In this document: positions 1 to 14,436 of the stretch, piece by piece
Numbering within the stretch: position 1 is the stretch's first letter
Layout: each line of letters begins with the position of its first letter
Source: Bugula neritina
Taxonomy: Eukaryota; Animalia; Bryozoa
Length of the DNA: 64,000 bases
Direction of reading: 5' to 3'
Assembly (NCBI GenBank): GCA_964035545.1
Contig: OZ037773.1
Span: forward strand, 8,709,751 to 8,773,750
Notes under the pieces: generated by a model
Seen by the model: only the letters and a program-made list of their open reading frames with translations
The model's database searches: none
Told to the model about the DNA's origin: nothing
Position numbers and translations under genes: made by a program

Positions 1-189
1 TGCAAACTATAAAAAGAAATGCGAAAAGTGCACATCTTTATTATCAAAGCCACTATTAGGTGTTCGAAAAAGCCTTTCAACTACAGCAAAAGTATCAAAA
101 GTAAAGTGTACGTGAAGCAACAATTTATTATTTTCCCACCAAATGCTAAATATTACAAAAAAACAATTGCTAACTGTATTAAGAAAAGT

Positions 190-1150
190 CTAATGATGTT
201 TCCAGAAATCATGAATATTGTTGAAGTGGCTGAACCAGCTCTTTCCTGCGTATTGAGGTCGGCCAGTGGGTCTGTAAAAGAGGGCACAACTCTCACAATA
301 TCATGTGGTTTGCAAAGGGGTAAATAAAGCTTGTAGATGATCCATAAATGAGTGTGACAAAACTATAACACTGCAGGCTATCATAAGGATGAGCAAGTAA
401 GAGTTGCCTCCTCAATGCAAAGTTTTTAAAATATGAAAAGCTTGAATTGCTTTCTAAGAACTGGGGCTATAAGCAAAAGGAGACAATGTTTATCTTAACC
501 TGTTTGTTAAGCTAAAAAAATCCCAAAACTTGACAGTTTGGTTTCAGTCTTAGTAATCTTCCCTACAAACCATGTTAAATTATGTTCACAACAAGGTTTT
601 TAAAGCGATGCTTTTTTTCAACTCATGAAATCAACACAGACCCATAAAGTAAGAAAATATGTTTGGTAACTCAAACTGTGTAATGTTAGTATGAAATTAT
701 TTATTGGTGTCACAAGTATTAGTCTAAGACTGAGTTTCACTCACCGCCAGTTCACCGGTCTCCCAGTAGGCCTGCAAAAACAAATAGTTGTTAGGTAAAT
801 GATAGCTAATACCTACATAATATTTCTCTACCAACTTTGCTACACCTGTAAATATTATATTACAATTCATAAAAGCCTAACCACACAGTATTTTAATGTA
901 TAAAACATCTGCATGAGTAAATTTTAAGCTTAAAGGATTGCTCTATCTTGTCTAATAAATGGCCATTTAGGTCAAACACACATAATATTGTGTTTTTCTA
1001 AGCATGCATTGACAAAAAGCATTTGACCAAAGGTAGAAAAAGTTAGTTGAAGTTGAGGGTGTAAATGTCAGTCACGTGCAAATGTCAGTCATGTGCACGT
1101 TACTGCACGTTCACATGCCTTAAGACGTACTGATGGTTACTGGAAGAGGC
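190..1150 (-). CDS. 3' exons of a small RPTGRP-family peptide gene (paralog of the gene at 11869-14436); first/signal-peptide exon not located
   Basis: Exons 1150-1131 (ASSSNHQ), 771-745 (27 nt, phase 2-2, PTGRPVNWR) and 271-190 (PTGRPQYAGKSWFSHFNNIHDFWKHH*). All have AG acceptors, the first two have GT donors (gtacgt, gtgagt), and the phases are compatible. Motif and exon phases match the + strand paralog. Confidence 0.7.
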
Positions 1151-1656
1151 CTGTGAAGATTAAAATAACTGAGGTACAATGCTTATATATCTCAGACCTG
1201 GTTTTGTCTAAAATACCACCAGGATAATATGCTGGTGGTATCTTTTATATTATTATATAATATATATTATAATATAACGTATATTATAATATATTATAGC
1301 ATATTATATATTATTATTATATATTATAATATATTATAACATCATTATGTGCAATTGAGATGTTTGGGACCATTGAGACTGTAAGCACACAGGCAATACA
1401 GGTATACCAAAATAAAAATCCAACATAAAGCTTTCAAAACAACTTGAAAAAATTATTTAAATTTGACTCCTTGAAATGTTGGTCGCAGCAATACTTGGCA
1501 AACAAAATCTGTATTGTTATATAGGAGTTATTTCCTTTCTTCTTACACACTTCAGTTCGTATATACGTCTTATAACCGTTTATTTCGTAATTATCGTATT
1601 GTTTAGAAACGATCACATAAGAGGCGAGGTTGCTCTGTCACTATAATTTAAACAAC

Positions 1657-2884
1657 ATGTCTGACACAGCAAGTACAGGTGAAAAACAGCCTCACTCGAG
1701 TACATCAGAAATTTTGAAGATTGCAAAAGATTTTTCGTTTGATCAAAAAATAAGTGTCGTTCAAAGTATTTTAGCTTCAATTCCTAGAGAACGTCAAGCA
1801 CCATGGAATGATCAAACAGCTAAGAGAAATTCAAATTTTGCTTCTAAACAAATAACTCAAACTGGGGTTACACCTACTGTTGAAGCTGAGAATACCTTAT
1901 TGAATTCCCGACTAGAAAAAGAGATTTCACGTGATGGTACTACAGCTAATGAATCTTTTAATGAACAACTTGATAAACAACAAGTAACTGAGAGATACTC
2001 GCTTGTTGGAGAATCTATCAGCGCATGCCTTCAAACTCAGCAACCTCCACTGGTTGATCCTTACGAAAAATCTATGAAGTATTATGAAAAGCATATGATA
2101 TTGAACAACTTTCAGGTAAATTACTAATAAAATAATATTTTTAGTAATTTTCATTTAGTAAAATAAAATGGCTAAATTAAATTTTAAATTTGCGTATTAT
2201 TACTTTCTTGCCTTCAAGTTCAATTTAAACATTCTATTACTATTATATTATGCAAAAACCTGTATACCCGGTTGATTCTATAGTGTAGGTTTCATAAACA
2301 AATTATTCTTTTTTTTTATTAAACTAAAAGCATTTACTTTTATTGACTAGGGTTTCTAGATTTCTACTCAATAATTATGCTTCAGTCATACAAGTCGTTT
2401 GTGATATTCCATAACCTTTGTTGCATACAACGGAAACTTTCCATTCAAGCCAAATTGTTTGTAGCATATGACTGCTAAATTGGCTCTACGAAGACCTGAA
2501 GATGCTTTGCAATTCATGATTGATTGGTGCAAGCAGATGCAAATACGACAAGCTGATCAGCAGCTGAAGTCAAAGGCTCTTTATGAAGACAATAAAATAG
2601 ATGTGTATGATGAAGATGGTGGCGAAACAGAGCAAATTAGCAAGAATGCGATTCCATCAGGAGTAAAGAGTGAGACTGAGTCCGGATTAAAGAGTGAGAC
2701 TCAATCAGTAACAAAAAGTGAGACTGAGGTAGTAGTGACTACTAGTAAAGATAAAGATGACTCAGGGTTGGGCGGAGCTATGTCGAGCATGCTCAGTGAT
2801 AAACACACAAGTCAAGAGACATGGAGCGATAAGAAGTCACAAAACACTTCCACAAGTGAGAGCAACTCCTTATCAACTTCCTAA
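1657..2884 (+). CDS. TEX55: TEX55-like protein with a dimerization/docking (RIIa/Dpy-30-type) domain; exons 1657-2115 and 2465-2884
   Basis: A phase-0 GT-AG intron joins DPYEKSMKYYEKHMILNNFQ to HMTAKLALRRPEDALQFMIDW, which resembles the TEX55 DD motif (DP..S..YMEKH.I..FQ.IT..L...PEDPL.FM). The flanks are Ser/Thr/Glu-rich low complexity. Confidence 0.7.
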
Positions 2885-3316
2885 AGTCAAACCATCATCC
2901 TTCAACAGTTAAGAAAGTATATAAAAAAGATGGCCGAGTAGCCATAGTACAATGTATAAGTATGATATTTTTGTTTTATATAATCATTCATTTTATTTTT
3001 TAAATATATAAAATTCACACTGTGGCAGTTACTGTGTTCAACAAATATATCTATAGCAAAGCCACAAGCAAAGGTCTGTTTGGCAATAATCTTCTCTTTC
3101 ATTTGTCTGCACTTGAGTGCATTGATTAGAAATATATTTACAATTGATAATATTTACAGTATAAAAACCGAATGTGTAAGTTACTAGCACCTTCCTAGAA
3201 ACGTAATGCAAGAAGAAATCATTTGTGTATAAAAACAATCTCATGATTTTCAAGTACACCACAAGATCCGTGTTCTCCGAGACTTCCTTCTGCACCAGTG
3301 TAAGGTACTAGAGAAG

Positions 3317-5582
3317 TTACTTCTTATCATTGTAGTCTTCCAGCACGTCGCCCAAGTGATCATTAAGCTTTTTGAAGTTCTTTCCTTTTCTGTTATTGCC
3401 GCCTCGTCTCTTTGGTAAAGCCTAAACAGAAAGTTATGCTAAATTGAGTGCAAATATCTAAAAGAATTAAAATACTTCTAGCCTAGCTTTTACTATATAG
3501 TCTTTCTATCATCTCTTTAAAATACATCATCAAGTATACAAATATTTTTCGTAAAAATAGTAATACAGGGCTAAAAAATAAAGTGAGTGAATAATTATAA
3601 TACAAGTTATATTCTATGAACATTGTATGAAATCAACAATAAAATGAAGAAGAAGGAGAAATAAACTTTCAAGTTACTTCAACTAATAGAGACAAACAGC
3701 TACTACATCACTCAGGTGTAGCAAACTTACAATACGTTTCAGACCAACATGTTCCATTGAGGCAATGCCCTGTTTCTGCAGGTAGTCTTCTATGGTTTTA
3801 TCATCTATTCCGTCGACTGCCACAGCACGCCAGTGCTTTACAAATGCTGCATGTGAATATAATGATATAACAGAATAATATAGTAATATAACAGAATAAT
3901 ATTGTAATATAATACAATAATATAGTAATATAATACAATAATATAGTAATATAATACAATGATACAGTAATATAACACAATAATATAGTGATATAACACT
4001 ATAATATAGTAATATAATACAATAATATAGTATTACAACACTATAATATAGTAATGTGACAATATAGAACAAGCATGGATAAAATGTGTACTATAAATAG
4101 CTTCTAGTAGCATAAGGAAATGCAGCAGTTATTATATTATGATGGGGGGATACTTACCCTCCTCCACCTTATACTCGGCATCAGGGCTCACATCCTTGAA
4201 GTACAAAACACGCTTTTTATCAGCTCTCTGCAGCACAGTGATCTTACCCATATCCCGCAGTTTCTGGAGACGGGAAAGTAAAATACACAGTACATCGGAT
4301 TCCAGCATCATCATTCATACATAGAATAAACTGTACTGATTTTAGAATAGTCTTGGTATTGTTGATGAACGAAGTATGTCATCCAAATGTGCCAAAGAGC
4401 TATATCAGAATGAGCAATGATTAAGGCATACCACAATGACCACCAATGACTATATTAGGGTTATGTAAGTACTATCAGAGTGAGTAGGTATTATCAGAGT
4501 GAGTAGGTACGATATCAGAGTGAGTAAGTACGATATATCAGAGTGAGTAGGTACTATATCAGAGTGAGTAAGTACGATATATCAGAGTGAGTAGGTACTA
4601 TATCAGAGTGAGTAGGTACTATATCAGAGTGAGTAAGTACGATATATCAGAGTGAGTAGGTACTATATCAGAGTGAGTAGGTACTATATCAGAGTGAGTA
4701 GATACTATATCAGAGTGAGCAGGTACGATATATCAGAGTGAGTACGGAGAACTAAACAAGACAAGCACCTCTATATGGCGCTTAGCGTCTGGTAACGCCT
4801 CCTCTACTTGGTCCTCATAAATTCCCCCCAAACCTCTCCGGTCATTTTTCTTGAGATAAATTAACAGCTCTTTACGATTGGATATCGGCAACGCTGGTTT
4901 AAACTGGAACTTGTCACCGTCCACAACTAGCACCTTCCCATTGTTCATCAACGCTTCCTCCGCCAACCAAGTGCGATGTTTAGTAGACAGGTCTAACATC
5001 TTAGCCTCATCTAGCAGTTCGTTTAAAGACAATGGGTAGTTGTCTCCCCTGTGGTGTCGTTTCTTGAGATACTCTATAACCTTGTGTAGTATAGAGAACT
5101 TGTGTGAGGAAGTGGGTACTGCTGTTTTGTAATCTATCGGGGCACTGGTTGAAGTAGAGGGTGTCGACCAATTAGGTTTGGCTTTATCTAAATATAAAAG
5201 TTTATCATTGTGCTGCAATAAAATTTGAAACCTGTTAATTGAAATACTAGAAAAAATTCAGTGTAAATAAAACCTGCAAATCTTGTTAAACATACTTGAT
5301 GCTATCGCGTGATTGTGCTAAACTAGTGAAAGAAAGAAGGTGAATAAGTTTAAACAAATTGTTTGTTGAATGATTCTTGAAATTCATTGATGAGTGTAGG
5401 ACCAGTATTCTGAATAAAGTATACTAACTGATGCAAACCACTCAAACATCAAAAGTTTATTTACTTATTGGTTTGGATTTGTTCAGCAGGGAATCATCTT
5501 TTCTTGGTTTTTTCTCAACTGTTGGCTGGGCAAGAGCTCGTTTTCTAAAAGCCTCCCTCTCTTTCAACAAGGCAGCATCCAT
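3317..5582 (-). CDS. GTF2E2: General transcription factor IIE subunit beta; exons 5582-5465, 5187-4769, 4263-4158, 3846-3731, 3421-3317
   Basis: MDAALLKEREAFRKRALAQPTVEKK start, winged-helix motifs (HKFSILHKVIEYLKKRH, WLAEEALMNNGK, FKP, GLGGI), FVKHWRAV..IEDYLQKQGI and C-terminal NDHLGDVLEDY. All introns are GT-AG with consistent phases. Confidence 0.95.
3858..4060. repeat. ~21-bp AT-rich minisatellite in a GTF2E2 intron, directly next to the acceptor at 3847
   Basis: Repeated aatataatacaataatatagt-like units. Confidence 0.9.
4470..4745. repeat. 21/23-bp minisatellite in a GTF2E2 intron, near the donor at 4768
   Basis: About a dozen copies of tatcagagtgagtaggtacta / tatcagagtgagtaagtacgata. 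Confidence 0.9.
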
Positions 5583-5899
5583 CTACAAGATGGCAAAAGC
5601 AGCATATGATTATGACAGTGTCACTGACTCATTCCATTTATGAGATACTTGGTTTCTATCATGTGTCAGTTTCATTTTATATATCTATATTTATTATATT
5701 TTGTATATTTTTTATATCCGTAACAGTTAGACTTAGTGATATAAAAGTTAATAACTAATTTTGATAATCAATAGAATTATTTATACTTATAAAGATAATT
5801 ATTACTATTGATGACAAAAATAGCCACATTAATGGCCACAATAACTTGGCTTAAAGTTAATCTTAATCTAATTCTCATTACCTAGTTATTGTTCAATTT

Positions 5900-6904
5900 T
5901 ATCTCACCAGAGACATTACAATACTGACATTAGTAATTATTTTTGAGCTTTTCTGAGTACTAACTAATCTTAATTTTAAAGTTATTTTTAATCTACAGTT
6001 CCTTATTAGTTATTACTTACCTAAAGTTAAACTTAAAAACTTATACTGTTACACAATTTCAATATGAATATGACTGCATCATTATTATAATCAGTATTAC
6101 GTTTATAATATCATTAATACTATTAAAATGCAATTTTATGAACCTGAACAACTCTTACTCTTAGTCTTACTCTTAGCTACTTAAAGTTACAGGTAGTCAC
6201 TCACTCACTCACTCTCAGACAGTCTGGGATTAAGTCGCAGTCTAATAGCAATATCAAGAGTCACACTTCCAGTTAGTGTGAGTGTCACTGCCACACTCTC
6301 ACTCCGGAGTCTGACTCACAGTCACTGTGACAGTAAAACTGAAAGTGAATGTGACATCAAACTCAGAAACTCAAACTGAAACTTTATCAGTTTATGTATA
6401 ATTCATTAATTGGATTTTTTAAAATGGTAATCACTCACTTAATGGTTTCCCGCACAGTAAATAAAAGAAAGTCAGCTGAGAATATGAGTTTGTATACTTA
6501 TACTTATAGCTATATATGATATAATGATATTGATGCTATAATTTAGTAATACTAAATACTGAAGTACTAACAATTAAAGGGTACACCAATATTAAAGGGA
6601 AGTTCAAACTTGGAAAACCAATTTTTATAAGTTGACCTTGACAAATAGCAACTACAATATTGCCTTCTTTAGTAGTTTGAGTCTTCAGATTTTGCGTTAT
6701 CTTTGAACGGCTGAAAGGTTCCCCATCAATAATTTGTCTATGTAAGGTTCTAAGGCTATAACACCCATAAGAGAGTTGCTGAGCGACTTTCGCTAAGTTT
6801 TGACACGGTGGTGAAATTTTCAACTAAATTTGAGTTCAGACCCATTCCATGATCTTAATTCTTAATACTAAAAGCCAACATTTGTTTACGAAAATTTATG
6901 GATA
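5900..6904. promoter_or_regulatory. Probable bidirectional promoter region between GTF2E2 and YIPF4
   Basis: The two genes are head-to-head with start codons about 1.3 kb apart. The GTF2E2 ATG is immediately preceded by an acceptor, so a 5'UTR exon should lie in this interval. TCACT/TGACT-rich tract at about 6190-6390. Confidence 0.5.
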
Positions 6905-10024
<3,120 letters not shown>

Positions 10025-11811
10025 ATTTTTCTGATTTTTTATTTATTGGCCTCCGAACAATTTAATTTAATATGTTTTGCTCTGAATGTGTGAGTCATAA
10101 CTCTCCCACTATTTCCTGGAGACTACAACCACTGATTAAACTGCATTCGAGATTACTATAAACTCTTTATACTAAGATACAGCTGTGGCCAAGAGTTAAG
10201 TGGCAGAGTTACCTACAACCTGTACAGTTAGTATAGCTGTGTATATAAGCCCCCACCCGAAGTTTTAGTATAGCTAAATATCCTGTATCTCAAGCTAAAT
10301 GATTATTCAAAGCTGATATATTTTTAATAACGGTTATTACGTCAGCATGCACTTACAGACATGTAATATATCTGTGCTTCAGCCTAGCTTTTCTCTCTCA
10401 AATTGTGTTGGTTTCAGGAGTGTTATACATCTTTTTAATTCTATAAGCAGAGTTATTGTACATATTTACCTTTACCACGGTACAAATATAATAAACATGT
10501 TTACAAATCTTAAATCAAATTATCTAATTTTATTTTGGGGCTTTACAATTTTACTCCCAACAGTTGTTTTACTGAGCAGCCATAACTGTATCTTTGACAG
10601 GTTATCTATGCTTGCTGCTTGCAGCAATGTTTACTAATTTCCAGACGTGCATAGTCATCACATTGGCCTGTTGAGTGTTTTCTGTTTGTAACTATGGTAA
10701 CATACTACATATACAATAAATCCGTCTAATCTTTACATATTTCCCCTGCGGAGTACATATTTGTATAACAATCAATTCTTGCTAATGTGAATGTTAGTTT
10801 AGATATGCTAGTCCATTTCACTCTCTCCTCATCACTGTTCCACATAATGACCTGCTCCACCCTGTTTTCTCAGGAAGTATACTATAATTAGTGCCTTTTC
10901 ACAGATGAGCAGGGCACATGCTTTTTCACATCACCAGGTGCTACAGACATGTCAGATATGTTATGTAATCATGTGGTAGGCATGGCAGGCTGAAAGTGTG
11001 CATAAAGTGCAAATAAGAATATATTATTATATTAAGGTTCTGTAAATTTATATATGTAGCATATTAGAAAAAACTTTGTTGTTCATTGCGGATGCAGTTA
11101 AAAAGTTCTTACATTTAAAATGCTCTAAAAAGATAGTCCTCTTTAACTTGCAATATCGAGCCAGTGCTAAAGATTTCATGTCTCTTTAAAGATTTGATTG
11201 ATAAATGCAAAGATGAATGCTGAAGGTTTAATATGTTTTAACCTATAATAATTAAAATATGAGTCAAATTAACCGATTCACCACCACCTCCGTGACAGCA
11301 AAATCTAAAATTAAAGCAAATGTTGCAGTAGTTTGTAATGTTAGCAGCATAGTAGTTGAAAATGGCTGTAGCGTTAGAAGAGTAGCTGATAAACATGCAG
11401 GTGGTGTTTCTCTCTGCAATTTATAGCAGGTAAAATCAGATGTAGCTGGTATATTGTTTATGGCAAGACATAGAATAGGCTGATACACCCAAATGTAGCA
11501 AGAAAGTTAGTGCCCCTGCAAGATGCACTCCAAACACATGTCTTGCTGTCTCGTATGCATTCCAGGATGAAGTTTGCAAAAAATTGAACACTATCGATAG
11601 AATTTAATCACCTCCCTTGAAGTTTAGATGTATTATGTGGATACCTGGGCTAAATCGAGATACTTGCTGATAAAGACAGCGGCTGCACTTTCCCATTAGC
11701 CTACAGATCTCAACACTAACATATTCTGTAAGTGAAACATAACAGCAACTTTCAGATACCTGTGGTCCCCAGTCTATTGGTTAGCTAGTAAGTTTTTTGG
11801 TTTCATTCCAA

Positions 11812-11850
11812 GTATATAAAGTTGAGAGAAGTTGGTGAGAACTCAGATTC
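11812..11850 (+). promoter_or_regulatory. TATA box and initiator-like element of the secreted RPTGRP gene
   Basis: gTATATAAAg at about 11812-11821, an Inr-like tcagatt about 30 nt downstream, and the ATG at 11869. Confidence 0.6.
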
Positions 11851-11868
11851 CTCGCTGACTCTGTCATC

Positions 11869-14436
11869 ATGAAGGTTTTGATTGCTCTTGGCGTGCTCAT
11901 CGCTTGTGCCTTGGTTAGTCCATAATTATATCTCAAGTATTTATGAGAAAAAAATTAAAAATTATGCTAGAATTGCGTTGAGTTACTTAAAAATCAATTA
12001 GGTTACCCCTCATTCCTGGTGCTTCAAATAAATTTAGAATGTTTATATTGTGTGATTCTCAAAATGTATTTAACTTCAACTTATGTATTTAGGAATATAT
12101 CTGAATATAAGTTTCATTTACTTGTCTATAATTTAGGCTCAGTTCCATGGTGCCCCTCACCACCACCACCCGGGACATCACCACCCACCAAGACCTACCG
12201 GACGTCCAATGATGGTAGGATCTCTGTTTATATCTCTTGTCTCATCTATCTAGTGTTACTGTATCTACCACATAGTGATATTTATTATATACTCTATATT
12301 ATGTTGACAGCCACATGGTCCAATTGGATTTCACCATCCATTGTCTGGAAGACCAACTGGTAGACCTCATCACATGCTTCATGTAAGTCAGTAGTTGAAT
12401 ATTTTATAGTTGACTAAATACACGAGTTTATATAGTTAGTATATGTATAGTATCTGTAGTATACTGTAATATAATAATATACTATATTATATTACTGTGT
12501 TATAATATTATATGTCATATCCACCAACCAGGGAGCTGCCCAGTTCTGGCAGAATATGAGAGACAGAGTGGAGGCATGGAGAAAGTCTCAGCAAGATCAG
12601 ACAGACGTTGAGGGAGATGAAACTGCAAGGTATGTATGTCTATAATACCTGTAGAATCTGTTGATATGCTTTCTGTAGATCTGTAGAATCTGTTGATATG
12701 CTTTCCGTAGATCTGTAGAATATGTTGATATGCTTTCTGTAGATCTGTAGAATCTGTTGATATGCTTTCCGTAGATCTGTAGAATCTGTTGATATGATTT
12801 CTGTAGATCTGTAGAATCTGTTGATATGCTTTCCGTAGATCTGTAGAATCTGTTGATATGATTTCTGTAGATCTGTAGAATCTGTTGAGATGCCTTTTTT
12901 ATAAATAAGATTTGCCAAGTATTTATTCAAAGCTAGAACCTGTATCAATTTAGTCATACAATGGAATAAAATGTTTTATTCAAGAAAAAGATCACTTATA
13001 GCTGACGACTTTATTTTTTTTTGATGAAATTTATAATATTTTCTTCTAATCGATATGTTTAGCTCAGAGGGGAAACTTTTTACATTGTTTATCTTACAGA
13101 TGGAGCTCCTGGGGGCGAGGTAACTTCCGATTCTCATGGAATCCTTATTTTCAGAGCATTCTGGGAAGACAATATGGCAGACGGTGAGTGCCTGAACTCA
13201 CTCTTTAATGACATGTTCTTAGAACTTTATAGTCTTTTCAACTATATAATACTTATAATGATGAGACGTGAAAATTTATTTACAAATATAAAAACACACG
13301 AGTTTCATTTATAATATTTTGTGCTGCGACTTTGTGAATTATATGCCAGGTGATTGAAATATATTGCTTGTTTTTAGGCCAACTGGTAGACCAATTGGAA
13401 GACTGGGACGACGGTAAGTCTAACAGTATATATTCTAGTTGCACTGTCCTCACCAGCAAATCTGATAGATATTGATCAATTATGGCTAGCAGGCTAGTGT
13501 AAAAAGACAACTCTTAAGCTGCACTATTATATTACAGCTAAAATTAATTTGTATTTTATTTTTAGACCAACTGGTAGACCCATGCATATGAGGTGAGCCG
13601 CCTAATGTCATATATTTATATTTTTTTAAAACATATTTTTCTATATGTAAGAAAGTATTGGAAATCACATTATCTAAAGAATATTAATAGTATTTAATTT
13701 CCAAATAACAAAAGAAAAACAAGTGCCTGGAAAACAGTTATAACTTTTACATGGGAAGCCAACTCCTAAAGCGCACAGCTTATTCTGTTCACTGGCCATA
13801 ATGATCAGGCAATATTTGCCATTGATACTAAAGTGAGAAATCTGTCTATATGGTTTACTAGGGCTTCAGTAACAGGTTTTTACTCTTCGATTTATCCTAG
13901 TAATTACAATAGTATTGTGTATAATTTATTTTAGACCAACTGGCCGGCCCATGCATGTCCGGTAAGTTATATAACTCTAATTTTTGTATACTTATTCTAA
14001 TTTAGATAATATAATTTGACATTTTTCCAAGTCAAAAATGACATTTAAGAGCCAATTTGCTCCAGCTAAAAGATTAGTAATTTTATAATATTTTATTCTC
14101 TTGTGAAAATTGAAAACTCCTAAAATTAGTAACTTAAGTTTCACAGGCTGTTTGAAAAGTTTAAATTGCATTTCTGCAATTATTTTTTTAAGATCAATTT
14201 GTGAGAAATTAATTACTGTGCGTCTACATAAGCCTCAGGTAGCCTGCAGGTCATGTGACGACATGTATACTCAGGTAGCATGTAGGTGATGTGGTTACAT
14301 GTGTTGTAGACCCACTGGAAGACCTCAGGGCCCCTTCAGGTTTGGAAAGTTCAACAAGTTCGGAGGCAGAAGACACGGTGGCAGAAGATATGGTGGCAGA
14401 AGATATGGTGGCAGAAGATATGGTGGCAGACACTAA
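11869..14436 (+). CDS. Secreted His/Pro/Arg/Gly-rich protein (197 aa); exons 11869-11913, 12137-12214, 12311-12382, 12532-12629, 13100-13183, 13378-13413, 13566-13592, 13935-13961, 14310-14436
   Basis: Nine GT-AG exons sum to 594 nt in one open frame: MKVLIALGVLIACALAQFHGAPHHHHPGHHHPPRPTGRPMMPHGPIGFHHPLSGRPTGRPHHMLHGAAQFWQNMRDRVEAWRKSQQDQTDVEGDETARWSSWGRGNFRFSWNPYFQSILGRQYGRRPTGRPIGRLGRRPTGRPMHMRPTGRPMHVRPTGRPQGPFRFGKFNKFGGRRHGGRRYGGRRYGGRRYGGRH*. It has a signal peptide, an upstream TATA box and AATAAA at 14470. Confidence 0.88.
12649..12892. repeat. 32-bp minisatellite in intron 4 of the RPTGRP gene
   Basis: About 7-8 copies of ctgtagaatctgttgatatgctttctgtagat, starting about 20 nt after the donor. 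Confidence 0.92.

Noticed and set aside
19-327. 102-aa + strand ORF
   Set aside because: No recognisable features. It is antisense to the terminal exon of the minus-strand RPTGRP gene.
6570-6850. Possible Kolobok-like MITE starting ttaaAGGG
   Set aside because: No convincing matching right terminus or TTAA duplication was found.
13120-13154. Apparent 35-nt GT-AG intron in the RPTGRP gene
   Set aside because: Removing it breaks the frame. Reading through gives an open 84-nt phase 2-2 exon.
14251-14433. Minus-strand ORF with SSATI repeats
   Set aside because: It is the antisense shadow of the GGRRY-coding exon.
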